Below, one piece after another: positions 10,701-19,276 of a stretch of 64,000 nt of DNA (the stretch's first letter is position 1; every line of letters starts with the position of its first letter). A program made the translations under genes and the position numbers. The notes beneath the pieces were generated by a model, which was given only the letters and a program-made list of their open reading frames with translations, was not told where the DNA came from and made no database searches. The DNA is from Roseibacillus sp. GTDB lineage: Bacteria > Verrucomicrobiota > Verrucomicrobiia > Verrucomicrobiales > Akkermansiaceae. The DNA lies in NCBI GenBank assembly GCA_965242925.1, contig CBDEUM010000037.1, positions 1 to 64,000 on the forward strand. The letters run 5' to 3'.

Positions 10701-10952
10701 CAGTTCGCTCTCCTCAAGGTCGCCGGGCACGATGGCGCGGGCACCCGACTCCAATTCACCGGTTGCCACCTCCCGCAGGTCAAAGCGCAATCCGCTCTTG
10801 CGGGTCTTGGCGTCCGGTCCGTGGCAGGCGTAGCAGTGATTGGCCAGGAGGGGCTGAATTTCCCTGCTGAAATCTGATGCGCCCGCATCCGTGGAAAGCA
10901 GCAGGCAGGCCCATGCAAGAGGGAGGAGGCATCCTGTCCGGAAGGGAAGCAT
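7719..10952 (-). CDS. Planctomycete cytochrome c / DUF1549 / DUF1553 (PSD1) protein with inserted LamG-like domain
   Basis: CYACHG and CAQCHDHKYDP heme-type motifs; WLDLARYGDTNG; PSHPELLDWLA; TNTPLQAL; central LQLHLDA...WPDLSGN...EVLVYDRAL domain. Confidence 0.9.
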   Translation of the reverse strand: MLPFRTGCLLPLAWACLLLSTDAGASDFSREIQPLLANHCYACHGPDAKTRKSGLRFDLREVATGELESGARAIVPGDLEESELVRRIFSKDPDEMMPPPDFRKRLSDGAREKLAGWIKAGAHYEQHWAFLPVEKPAMPPVKDGDWPRNPIDNFILARLEAQQMEPSPEATRRNLVRRISLDLRGLPPSLKELAGHSTGNGEEQFARLIETMIDSPHYGERMAQDWLDLARYGDTNGYHNDSVRDMWLYRDYVIESFNRNKPFDRFIVENMAGDLLPDADDTTRVASGFNRCVTFNEEGGADPDEFYVTYAVDRANTTGQVFLGLTVGCAQCHDHKYDPISQKEFYQLYAFFNSVDGEIGAGGRSGYHNKPLPPLLKVRTGTHQQKRTDLQARLDTRTAELKAARERPEFTDPGGNLAPALREWVTSLALPQTGVLPVNNGLQLHLDAGSFDAPGGFVKEWPDLSGNNRTAIATGQPKQFGRALNGHPAIRLDGKNDFLRTASGAGQLGADFTMVLVLQFNDLARNQMALMWGDESQGKRRAFWKTDKNKFSFNGYGADMVGSADLKRIVPVIAIITQQGQNNDTRFRLNGKDGGGGGVSLSGFQNKAITIGANNAGAEKTAADFAEVLVYDRALDASEQAAVGFHLGTKYKIDGEWNPAPADIMALAAKPGKERTEDEQKKLFSHFINYVHAGSRDLFRKLESEVANTRKELDQVDKSLPTTMVMVEMEKRKPAHVLMRGDFRQPGEEVQPDVPAIFPRLPANQPRNRLGLAYWLTDPRHPLVARVMVNRLWKQLFGTGLVKTLGDFGTQGERPSHPELLDWLAADFIEHGWNVKRLQRLMLTSATYRQSSVNRQRYRTRDPGNRLLSRAPRFRLSAEEVRDGALSISGLLNPTLGGPSVFPYQPANYLSSIGKGWKESSGAALYRRGLYTFWRRTMLYPTFQIFDAPSREFCSVNRPRTNTPLQALVTLNDPSFVEAARLFGQRILSEGGSTDQDRLTFAFTLATSRPPPQTELKILSATLTEQREEFRAHPDRAGQLISNGKSTPAEGADPVELAAWTAVGNILLNLDETITRE

Positions 10953-11044
10953 GCACGATGCTATCGCGGACGGTCTGCAGGAAAAGGGAAATCCGGGGGT
11001 GGTTCAGGGGATCCATGCCCCGGGCCGGAGGGGAAAACCGCGGA

Positions 11045-11791
11045 TTACTTTGATTGTGGGCGCCGGTGTTTGTCGAACCACTGGTAGAGTTCCGGGGTGG
11101 CGTAGGCCGCGGACCAGCTGTTGTGACTCACGTGCTGGAGGGTGGTGAAGCGAACCTTCTTTCCACCAGCCTTGCGGATGGCCTCCACCATCTCGGCGGA
11201 ATGCCGGTAGGGCACCGCATCATCCTCGGTGCCGTGGAAGACCCAGATGGGAACGTCCACAAGTCTGGCGGCGTCTCCGGGGTTGCCCCGGCCGCAGATG
11301 GGCGAGACCGCGGCAAAGCGATCGGGATGACTGGCGGCCATTTTCCAGCTGCCATATCCCCCCATGCTGAGGCCGGTGAGGTAGATGCGCGAGCGGTCGA
11401 CCGGGAACTTTTCGCTGATGTGGTCGAGGAGGCTGATGACACCGCTTTGCTGGTCGTCGTCGGTCCAGCGACTGGCGGCCGGACACTGTGGTGCGATGAG
11501 GATGTAGGGGAGTTTGTCCCCGCGCCTGGCCATGCGGGGAGGCCCCCATTTGGCCACGATGCTCAGAGGCCCCCGGCTCTCACCGCGTCCATGAAGGAAG
11601 AGAATGACGGGCCACTTCCTATCTGAGGTGGAGTCAAAGTTTTCGGGCAGGTAGAAGAGATAGGGAACGGATTGCTGATCAGAAATCCTGTGAGTGAGTT
11701 CGACTTGAACGCCCGGAGCTGGTTGCCCGGCGTGAAGGGTGGCGCAAGAGAGGAGGACGGCAATGAGGTTGAAGATGATGAACCGGCGCAT
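11045..11791 (-). CDS. Secreted alpha/beta hydrolase (phospholipase/carboxylesterase-like)
   Basis: Signal peptide; FLHGRGE; GLSMGGYG nucleophile elbow; WVFHGTEDDAV; C-terminal His. Confidence 0.88.
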   Translation of the reverse strand: MRRFIIFNLIAVLLSCATLHAGQPAPGVQVELTHRISDQQSVPYLFYLPENFDSTSDRKWPVILFLHGRGESRGPLSIVAKWGPPRMARRGDKLPYILIAPQCPAASRWTDDDQQSGVISLLDHISEKFPVDRSRIYLTGLSMGGYGSWKMAASHPDRFAAVSPICGRGNPGDAARLVDVPIWVFHGTEDDAVPYRHSAEMVEAIRKAGGKKVRFTTLQHVSHNSWSAAYATPELYQWFDKHRRPQSK

Positions 11792-12052
11792 GGTCTTACT
11801 GGGTAAGAGTGTGGAGAATACGAACCCGATTTGTCCGGGTTGTCAGGCTGAAAAGAACATTGCCCTTGCTTATCCTGTGATTGAGCGTATACACCGCGCC
11901 GTCCGGCCTGTCGGTCGGCAACCGAATCCCAAGTAATGGTTCGGTCCCGTTTCCGGTCTCCTGTCGATGAGAGAATGGTTCTGGGTTTCTCCTAATACCC
12001 CCTCATCGAGACCTGCCCAGGCACCGCTACGGAAGCCGGGCTCCAGACCGAA

Positions 12053-13342
12053 ATGAATCCAACCTCGTTTGAGGCGTTGCAACTTTCTGCGCCAATCCAG
12101 CGCGCTCTTCACGAGCGTAATTATCAATCCCTCACGCCCATCCAGGCCCAGGCGATTCCGCCTTTGCTCGAGGGAAGGGACCTTCTCGGCTGTGCCCAGA
12201 CGGGGACGGGAAAGACCGCTGCATTCTCCTTGCCCATCTTGAATGTGTTGGATGAAGAACCGCAGAATATCCGGCCCCGGACTGCCCGCGTTCTTGTGCT
12301 CACCCCCACACGTGAACTCGCCAATCAGGTAGGGGAGAGTCTGCGGACCTATGGGAAGTATCTGGATATTTATCACGCTCTGGTTTACGGAGGCGTGGGA
12401 CAGGGGCCTCAGGTGAATGCGATGAGGAGAGGTGTTGACATTCTTGTCGCCTGCCCCGGTCGCTTGCTTGATCTCGTCGAGCAGGGTCACATCGATCTCT
12501 CCGCTGTTGAATTCTTCGTTCTCGATGAGGTTGACCGCATGTTGGACATGGGATTTCAGCGGGACGTGACCCGGATTGTTGATCTCCTGCCCCGGGAGCG
12601 GCAGTCACTTTTCTTTTCCGCGACCCTTGGCAGGCCGATTGTCAATCTCGCCCGCACCATCCTGCAGGATCCGGTGACCATTATGATCGAACCGGAGAAG
12701 ACCACCGCTGAGGATGTGCAGCAGGAAATCTGTTTCATCGAACGCGGCGATAAGCGTTCGCTGCTCGTTCAGCGATTGAAAGCGCAGAAGGATGGAGAAT
12801 TGGCGATTGTTTTTTCGCGGACCAAGCATGGATCAGACAAGCTGGCTCGCCATTTGAATACAGCCGGTATCAAAGCAGAAGCCATTCACGGGAATCGTTC
12901 GCAGGCGCAACGGGATCGGACCTTGAATCGATTTCGCAAGGGGATCCTGCCCGTGCTGGTAGCCACTGACGTTGCTGCCCGTGGCGTTGATGTGAAGGAC
13001 GTGACCCTGGTAGTTAACTTCGATCTCCCCAACGAACCGGAAGCCTACGTCCATCGGATTGGACGAACGGGCCGGGCTGGGGCGATGGGTAATGCCGTGT
13101 CATTCTGCTCTCCGGAAGAACGCGAATTCCTGCGCGATATCGAGAAACTGATCCAGCAGACCATCCCGGTGTCGGATGACCACGCCTGGCATTTGCCTGC
13201 CCTTGCGGAACGCCATGCCAGTCCGCGGGGTGCAAACGGAAAGGGAGCTGTAACGCAGAAGCCCTCACGTGGGAATAATCGTCCGCGGAGTCGGTATCGC
13301 AATCGTCGTCGAAGTGGTTCACGTCGTCCGGCGAAGGCCTGA
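12053..13342 (+). CDS. rhlE: DEAD-box ATP-dependent RNA helicase (RhlE-like)
   Basis: Q motif, AQTGTGKT, PTRELA, DEVD, SAT, ARGVD, HRIGRTGR and a basic C-terminal tail. Confidence 0.93.
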   Translation: MNPTSFEALQLSAPIQRALHERNYQSLTPIQAQAIPPLLEGRDLLGCAQTGTGKTAAFSLPILNVLDEEPQNIRPRTARVLVLTPTRELANQVGESLRTYGKYLDIYHALVYGGVGQGPQVNAMRRGVDILVACPGRLLDLVEQGHIDLSAVEFFVLDEVDRMLDMGFQRDVTRIVDLLPRERQSLFFSATLGRPIVNLARTILQDPVTIMIEPEKTTAEDVQQEICFIERGDKRSLLVQRLKAQKDGELAIVFSRTKHGSDKLARHLNTAGIKAEAIHGNRSQAQRDRTLNRFRKGILPVLVATDVAARGVDVKDVTLVVNFDLPNEPEAYVHRIGRTGRAGAMGNAVSFCSPEEREFLRDIEKLIQQTIPVSDDHAWHLPALAERHASPRGANGKGAVTQKPSRGNNRPRSRYRNRRRSGSRRPAKA

Positions 13343-13388
13343 ATATCAGGACGAGACCGGACTGCGCCTGCCTTGTCGAGGAAGGCTG

Positions 13389-14612
13389 CTATCCTCTGAA
13401 ATCAAGCTCAAGCTGCCCCTCGGCATCGAAACTGAGCGCAACAGGAGCCTGGTTCACCTCGCAGCGGGGATGTTTCGTGAGGGTGGCGGCGAGGTCTGCG
13501 CTGACGTAGAGCGTTTCAAGGTGCAGGGTGTTGGGAATGAAGATCCAGCCCTGATCCCCGTAGCGCTCGCGCATTCGGCTCACCACCTCCTGTTCGTCTC
13601 GCAGGGTGCAGGGAATGGCCATGCGGCGCATATCTCCGGTGGTGAAGACGTTGGTGAAGGTTTTTTCCTCGTCGATCGAGTCGCGCAGGCGCCGGGTGAT
13701 GAAGTCCGCGAGCCCCATCCCGATGGCATTCCCCTGGGTTGCTTGCGAAAGCGCGAGGGCGGCAATGGCGGTAATGCGGGGCCGCGCAAGGTCCTCGTAG
13801 CCATTCACCCCCCGGTAGCCGATGACGTTGGTGTCCATGCCCGTGCCACTGAATGTTTTGCCGATCTCGTTCACCACCAGGACATTGATGTCGTCGACCG
13901 GCAGGGTGGGGAAGTAGGTGAGGTGGTGCTCAAGCAGGGAGGGTTCCCGCCCGAGGATGTCCCCGGGGTGGACGGCATGAAGTTCTGCGGTCCGGTCGAA
14001 GCCGTCCTCGAGCAGGGCGAGGCCGGCGAAAATCTTTCCGGATCGGATCACACACTCACCCATCTCAAGAAGCATGTCTTTCATGACGGGGGTGGGAGCG
14101 GAGTGAAAGGTTTCCGCTGATTTGATCTTCCCCATTCCGACCACCATCATCTTGGTCAGCCCGCTCTGCACCGGCCCCGAGAAGCAGGTGTGCAGTTTGA
14201 TGCGGTTGAGGACAAGGACGCCGGCGGCCTCGAAACAGTGCCGGTCCATCCAGACTTCCCCCGTGGCCACTTCTCCGATCCTGATCACATCCATGGTGGA
14301 CCGGATCTCCATCCCGGTGGCCTCCTCGGTGAGGCCGAGTGACTCGATCATGGCTCGCTGGCCCTCCGCGGTGGCCTGGTTGTGCGATCCCATGCAGGGA
14401 GTGAGGAAAGGGGTGGCGCCGTGTCGGCGCAGCCAGTCCCCGGCAGCGCGTGTGATGGCCGTGATGTTGTCGATGCCACGGCTGCCTGCCGTGATGGCAA
14501 CGTCGCCCCGGGGCGGGATCGCTCCAAGAGCGTCCAGTTGCCGATGAACCTCGGCTTCCACATCGGTAAGCGGGTTCGAGACGAGGTGCTGATGGACGCG
14601 GTGAACCTGCAT
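13389..14612 (-). CDS. Lactate-racemase-N/DUF2088(DUF362)-like protein
   Basis: VAITAGSRGIDNI, PCMGSH, NRIKLHT, KMMVVGMGK and GKTFSGTGMDTNVIG motifs typical of this family. Confidence 0.7.
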   Translation of the reverse strand: MQVHRVHQHLVSNPLTDVEAEVHRQLDALGAIPPRGDVAITAGSRGIDNITAITRAAGDWLRRHGATPFLTPCMGSHNQATAEGQRAMIESLGLTEEATGMEIRSTMDVIRIGEVATGEVWMDRHCFEAAGVLVLNRIKLHTCFSGPVQSGLTKMMVVGMGKIKSAETFHSAPTPVMKDMLLEMGECVIRSGKIFAGLALLEDGFDRTAELHAVHPGDILGREPSLLEHHLTYFPTLPVDDINVLVVNEIGKTFSGTGMDTNVIGYRGVNGYEDLARPRITAIAALALSQATQGNAIGMGLADFITRRLRDSIDEEKTFTNVFTTGDMRRMAIPCTLRDEQEVVSRMRERYGDQGWIFIPNTLHLETLYVSADLAATLTKHPRCEVNQAPVALSFDAEGQLELDFRG

Positions 14613-14738
14613 GAACAGTTTTAAACGGTGGCGGAGTGTGGCAGGGAGCCTCGCAAGGTGAAGGCTGAATTGTTCTGCTGCATCCTCGTGCCGGAGGCAG
14701 AATTTCTCGCCAAGGATGGATTGTTATTCCAGGATTTC

Positions 14739-16157
14739 ATGGTGATGCGGTTCGTGTTCACCATCCTGGTTTTCTGGTTGCTGTCCCTGGAATCTCCTGC
14801 CCGGCAGCAGCCGAACATCCTGTTCATTGCGGTCGATGACCTGAATGACTGGGTGGGGTGTCTTGGCGGACATCCGCAGGCCAGGACGCCGCATATTGAT
14901 GCCCTTGCAGAACGAGGAGTGCTTTTCGAGCAGGCCTACTGCGCAGCCCCCTTGTGCAGTCCTTCCCGGACGGCGGTCATGACGGGATTGCGCCCATCGA
15001 CCACCGGGATCTATGGCAACCTGAACTGGTTCCGCGATCTGCCGCAATACAGGGAGTGGGTGACCCTGCCGCAATACTTCCGCCAGCATGGCTACCTGGC
15101 CTGGGGTGGGGGAAAGTTGTATCACCAGCCACACGGGAAATTCTCCGATCCCATCTCCTGGGATACACAGTACAGCACTCGCATGGGGACTTCGCGTCCG
15201 CCTGCCGGTGAACGTTACCGTCACGGGTTGAGGGAGAGATTCTCCAATCCCATCCTCGCCCGCCTCATTGACTGGGGTCCGATTGACCAGTCCCCCGGGG
15301 AAACGGCGGACTGGAGGACAGCCGAGGGCGCAGCCCGTTTCCTGCAGGAGCAGCACCAGAAGCCTTTCTTCCTGGGATGTGGGATCTACCTGCCGCACCT
15401 GCCGTGGTACCTGCCCGGAGAATACTTTGACATGCACCCGCTTGAGGGAATCCAGTTACCTCCCCACAAGGCCGACGATTTTGAGGACATCCCGGAAGGT
15501 GGTCGGCGCATGGCAGGGGAGGCCGGCGGCATCATCCGCAGGAGCGGGAAGTGGAAGGAGGCGGTGCAGGGGTGCCTGGCGGCGGATTCCTTTGCTGATG
15601 CCTGTGTGGGTCATGTGCTCAAGGCGCTGGAGAAAAGCCGTTACAGCGATAACACTATTGTGGTCCTGTGGGGAGATCACGGCTATGACGTCGGCGAAAA
15701 GAAATTTGCCAAGTCCGCACTCTGGGAGCAGACCACCCGCACGCCCCTGATTATCCATGTGCCCGCGAAACTGGGGGGCAATCCAAAGGCCGGACCCTGC
15801 AGGCGTCCCGTGAGCCTGCTTGACCTTTATCCCACCCTTATCGATCTCTGCGGCCTGCCGCCAAGCCCGAAAATCGAGGGTCGCAGCATTGCTCCACTGG
15901 TGCGTGACCCGCGGGCCGAGTGGCCTTATCCAGTGCTTATAACGCACTCTCCGCACTGGCACGGTCCGAACCACGCGATCCGCTCCGAGCACTTTCACTA
16001 CATCCATTACAGCAAGGGCGGGGAGGAGCTCTATGACATGAGGAAGGATCCCCGCCAATGGAACAATCTCGCGGGTGACGCCGGATATGTCGCTACCAAG
16101 AACGAACTGAAGAAATGGCTTCCGGAAAGGAACGCTCCCCACTTCCGTGCTGAGTGA
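14739..16157 (+). CDS. Formylglycine-dependent sulfatase (iduronate/choline-sulfatase-like)
   Basis: PNILFIAVDDLN, CSPSRTAVMTG, GKLYH, WGDHG; signal peptide from ATG 14739/14745. Confidence 0.92.
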   Translation: MVMRFVFTILVFWLLSLESPARQQPNILFIAVDDLNDWVGCLGGHPQARTPHIDALAERGVLFEQAYCAAPLCSPSRTAVMTGLRPSTTGIYGNLNWFRDLPQYREWVTLPQYFRQHGYLAWGGGKLYHQPHGKFSDPISWDTQYSTRMGTSRPPAGERYRHGLRERFSNPILARLIDWGPIDQSPGETADWRTAEGAARFLQEQHQKPFFLGCGIYLPHLPWYLPGEYFDMHPLEGIQLPPHKADDFEDIPEGGRRMAGEAGGIIRRSGKWKEAVQGCLAADSFADACVGHVLKALEKSRYSDNTIVVLWGDHGYDVGEKKFAKSALWEQTTRTPLIIHVPAKLGGNPKAGPCRRPVSLLDLYPTLIDLCGLPPSPKIEGRSIAPLVRDPRAEWPYPVLITHSPHWHGPNHAIRSEHFHYIHYSKGGEELYDMRKDPRQWNNLAGDAGYVATKNELKKWLPERNAPHFRAE

Positions 16158-16207
16158 GGCAGGGGGTTGCCATTTGACGGGTTCCTTCCATGCCCTAGGC
16201 TAAGGGC

Positions 16208-17797
16208 ATGCAGTGCATATCCCGTCTTTTTTCGATCGGGTCCTTATCCATTTTCGTTGGCCTGCTCTCCGGTGATCTGGGTGCACAGACAGGGCTGGAC
16301 GAACTGGAGGAGAAGGCCAATCGATCCAAGGTGCGTCTCCAGACCGGTCCCGCCCGCTGGACCGTGCGGGCCACCACGGCCACGGGGGCGAAGTTCGGGG
16401 TACGGGTGGTGAGTGCTCCTCCCAATTTCGAGGCGCGCGTTCTCCTTAAGCCGGACTCCAACAAGCCGGAGTCCTTTGCGCGCATCGTGGCACATTCGGG
16501 AAAGTGGGCAGTGGAGGAGTTCGGCGGACTGAAGGGAATCTATCTCCCCTGGGAAGCGCCTTTCTCCTACGAGGTGGTTGCGCTTCTTCTCAGCGAAGCC
16601 TGGCCGCCGCCCTACGTGCGTGCCGGGGATCACACCCTGCGGGGTAAGACAGAAGAAACCCTGGTGGTGCGTGCTCCACTCTCGGGGGCGCAACGCACCC
16701 TCGCGGAGTCATTCCTGGCAGAGGCGAAGGATATGACGGTGAAGCCGGGGAGCGAACTGGATCGAAATCTGGTCGCAATCGCAGGGCGACTGAAAGAGGG
16801 CAACCGGCTGCGGGTAGATGCCAGGACCGGTCTGATGGAGCACCTTGTCATGGGAAACCTGGAGCTGGAGTATGAACGGGTGGAGTGGCTCGATGAACTG
16901 CCGGAGATACCGGTTATCAGGAATTTTCCTGATTTCAGCGGGCCGCTGCCGGAGGACCGGGACGGCCTGGTCATGATCGGGCGATCGGGGGCCTGGCGGC
17001 CGGGATATCCTGAAATGGACTCGGGCGGACAATTGCTCAACCTGGACACCGGTAAGATCGTGCGTATTCCCTTTGCGGGGTCTGCGTGCATGCCCGGGTG
17101 CTTCTCCGACGAACGAACCAAGGTGGTGGTGACCTCGCGGGAGAACGATGGGTCGGGTGTGGGGCTCTACCTGGTCGATCTGCGAAAGGGCAAGCAGATG
17201 CGGCTGGGAGGAGGGACTTTGGTGGGTGGGCTCTGTGACCACCCGACGCTGTCACCGGATGGCAGGACCCTGGCGGTGACCTTTTCCCGGAGACGCGCCA
17301 CCCGCCGCATCCATCTCCTCAGCCCCGAACACGAGAAGCCCCAGCCTCTGGGAAAGGCGCAGGACATCCGCAGTCTGTCGTGGGTGGGTGATGGCAGTGC
17401 CCTGGTCGGATTGGTGGCTGGTCCCCGGGGAGGGAAGGAAAAGAGCGGATCCGGCTTCCGGATCGTGCGCTTCGGACTGGACGGAAAGGAGACCGGGATC
17501 AGGGATGACGTGGGTCGTTTTGCGACGGTGGCGGGGAAAGACTCCGAGCGCGTCTTCTTCCAGGACCGGGACAATCTCTGGTACACCTGCAACCTTGAGG
17601 GGAAAGAAATCACCAGAGTCGGTGACGGGCTGAAGGGGCTCGCCTTCCCGGCGGTCAATCCGGATGGAACGCACGCCGTGATGCTTGAGCGCGACGAGCA
17701 GGAGCGGAACTGGCCGGTGGTGGCGGAGCTTGTAAGCGGAAAGAGGTTTCCGGTGAAGGTTGAGCGGGGGCGATGGCTCCTGCCCGCATGGAGGTGA
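16208..17797 (+). CDS. Secreted hypothetical protein with C-terminal TolB-like beta-propeller
   Basis: Signal-like N-terminus; PTLSPDGRTLAV, LSWVGDG and PAVNPDG repeats. Confidence 0.6.
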   Translation: MQCISRLFSIGSLSIFVGLLSGDLGAQTGLDELEEKANRSKVRLQTGPARWTVRATTATGAKFGVRVVSAPPNFEARVLLKPDSNKPESFARIVAHSGKWAVEEFGGLKGIYLPWEAPFSYEVVALLLSEAWPPPYVRAGDHTLRGKTEETLVVRAPLSGAQRTLAESFLAEAKDMTVKPGSELDRNLVAIAGRLKEGNRLRVDARTGLMEHLVMGNLELEYERVEWLDELPEIPVIRNFPDFSGPLPEDRDGLVMIGRSGAWRPGYPEMDSGGQLLNLDTGKIVRIPFAGSACMPGCFSDERTKVVVTSRENDGSGVGLYLVDLRKGKQMRLGGGTLVGGLCDHPTLSPDGRTLAVTFSRRRATRRIHLLSPEHEKPQPLGKAQDIRSLSWVGDGSALVGLVAGPRGGKEKSGSGFRIVRFGLDGKETGIRDDVGRFATVAGKDSERVFFQDRDNLWYTCNLEGKEITRVGDGLKGLAFPAVNPDGTHAVMLERDEQERNWPVVAELVSGKRFPVKVERGRWLLPAWR

Positions 17798-17798
17798 G

Positions 17799-19205
17799 CT
17801 AGGCAATGACATCGAGGACCGGCTTGCCGCTCGAGATGGGAACGGGTCGATCCTGGAGATCGTGGATCATGGCGGTGGGGTCAATTCCGAGAAGCTGGTA
17901 GATGGTGGCCGTGAGATCCTCCGGGGTGACAGGGTTTTCCTCGGGCGCACTGGCGGTCTTGTCGGACTTGCCGTAGATGAATCCCTTCTTCACGCCTCCC
18001 CCGGCGAGGAGGACCGAGTAGCACTTGGGCCAGTGGTCGCGGCTCACATTCTTGTTGATCTTGGGGGTGCGCCCGAATTCGCCCATCCAGATCACGAGGG
18101 TTTCGTCGAGCATGCCCCGTTGATCAAGGTCCTCCAGCAAGGTGGGCAGCGTCTGGTCCGTGATCGGGAGATGGTAGCCCTCCACGATGGGGTACATGCG
18201 GGTGTTATCGAACCCGTGAGTGTCCCATCCACCGTCGTTGATGCGGCGTCCGCCGATGCTGCGGGCGAAGTAGACGGTGGTGAGTTTTACGCCACTCTCA
18301 GCGAGACGGCGGGCGAGGAGGCAGCCCTGTCCGTAGGTGGTGCGGCCGTAACGGTCTCGCAGCCAGGCCGGTTCCTGGCTGAGGTCGAAGGCATTGCGGG
18401 CGCGTTCGGAGTTGAGCATGCGGAGGGCTCTCTCGTAGTAGTCGTCCATCCCGCGGGCCTCGGCGGAGCGATCGAGGAGACGTGATTGCTGATCAATGAT
18501 CTTCTGCAGGCCTCGTCGATGATGGAGGCGGTCGATGTCCAGTCCGTGCGGCAGGCGGAGCTCCGGCAGGCGGAAGTCGGGCGAGTTGGGATCGCGCGGG
18601 ATGAAGAGGGGGTCGTGTTTTTTGCCGAGGAAGCTGGCGTGCTGTCCCGGTGTCTTGGATCCGTCGGCCACCACGTGCGGATAGCTCACGAAGGTGGGCA
18701 ACTCGGCTACCGTGCCGGGGGAGAGGTGATCTATCACCGAGCCATAGGCGGGGTAAAGATCGGGAAGGTCGCGCAGGCGCTGGTCATCACTCGGGGGCCT
18801 GTGTCCAGTGAGAGCGTAGTAGCCCGCCGAGTTGTGATTGTTCATGGTATGGTGGAGCGTGCGGATAACAGTGCAGCGATCCATCCACTTTGCGAGTCGG
18901 GGGAGATGCTCGCAGATCTCGATATCGGGATTGCTGGTACGGATCTGCTTGTGCGGACTGCGGTACTCCTTGGGCGCGTCCGGCTTCATGTCGAGAATGT
19001 CGATCTGGCTCGGGCCGCCCCATTGAAAGAGGAAAATGACGGACTTGGCTTTGGGAGCGATCGGGATCTGCGGATTGGTGCGCTCGGAGGCCTGCAGGAT
19101 CCTCGGCATGGTGAGTCCGAGGAGGCCCATGCCGCCCGCCTTGATCATGGTGCGGCGGGAAGGCTCAGGGGAGAGGGAGCGGAAGCTGGAGCAGGAAGGG
19201 TTGAT
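17799..19205 (-). CDS. DUF1501 family protein (N-terminus probably frameshifted at ~19157-19160)
   Basis: AKSVIFLFQWGGPSQIDILDMKP, GWDTH, GEFGRTP, RDHWP. The ORF track starts at 19148, inside the Tat motif. Removing one C restores ..NPSCSSFRSLSPEPSRRTMIK. Confidence 0.88.
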   Translation of the reverse strand: MNPSCSSFRSLSPEPSRRTMIKAGGMGLLGLTMPRILQASERTNPQIPIAPKAKSVIFLFQWGGPSQIDILDMKPDAPKEYRSPHKQIRTSNPDIEICEHLPRLAKWMDRCTVIRTLHHTMNNHNSAGYYALTGHRPPSDDQRLRDLPDLYPAYGSVIDHLSPGTVAELPTFVSYPHVVADGSKTPGQHASFLGKKHDPLFIPRDPNSPDFRLPELRLPHGLDIDRLHHRRGLQKIIDQQSRLLDRSAEARGMDDYYERALRMLNSERARNAFDLSQEPAWLRDRYGRTTYGQGCLLARRLAESGVKLTTVYFARSIGGRRINDGGWDTHGFDNTRMYPIVEGYHLPITDQTLPTLLEDLDQRGMLDETLVIWMGEFGRTPKINKNVSRDHWPKCYSVLLAGGGVKKGFIYGKSDKTASAPEENPVTPEDLTATIYQLLGIDPTAMIHDLQDRPVPISSGKPVLDVIA

Positions 19206-19276
19206 GGCTTGGTGAGGCTGGATGCTCGATGGAAAGTTGGTCCAGGATGCCCGGATTCGGCTTCCGAGGTAACCGG

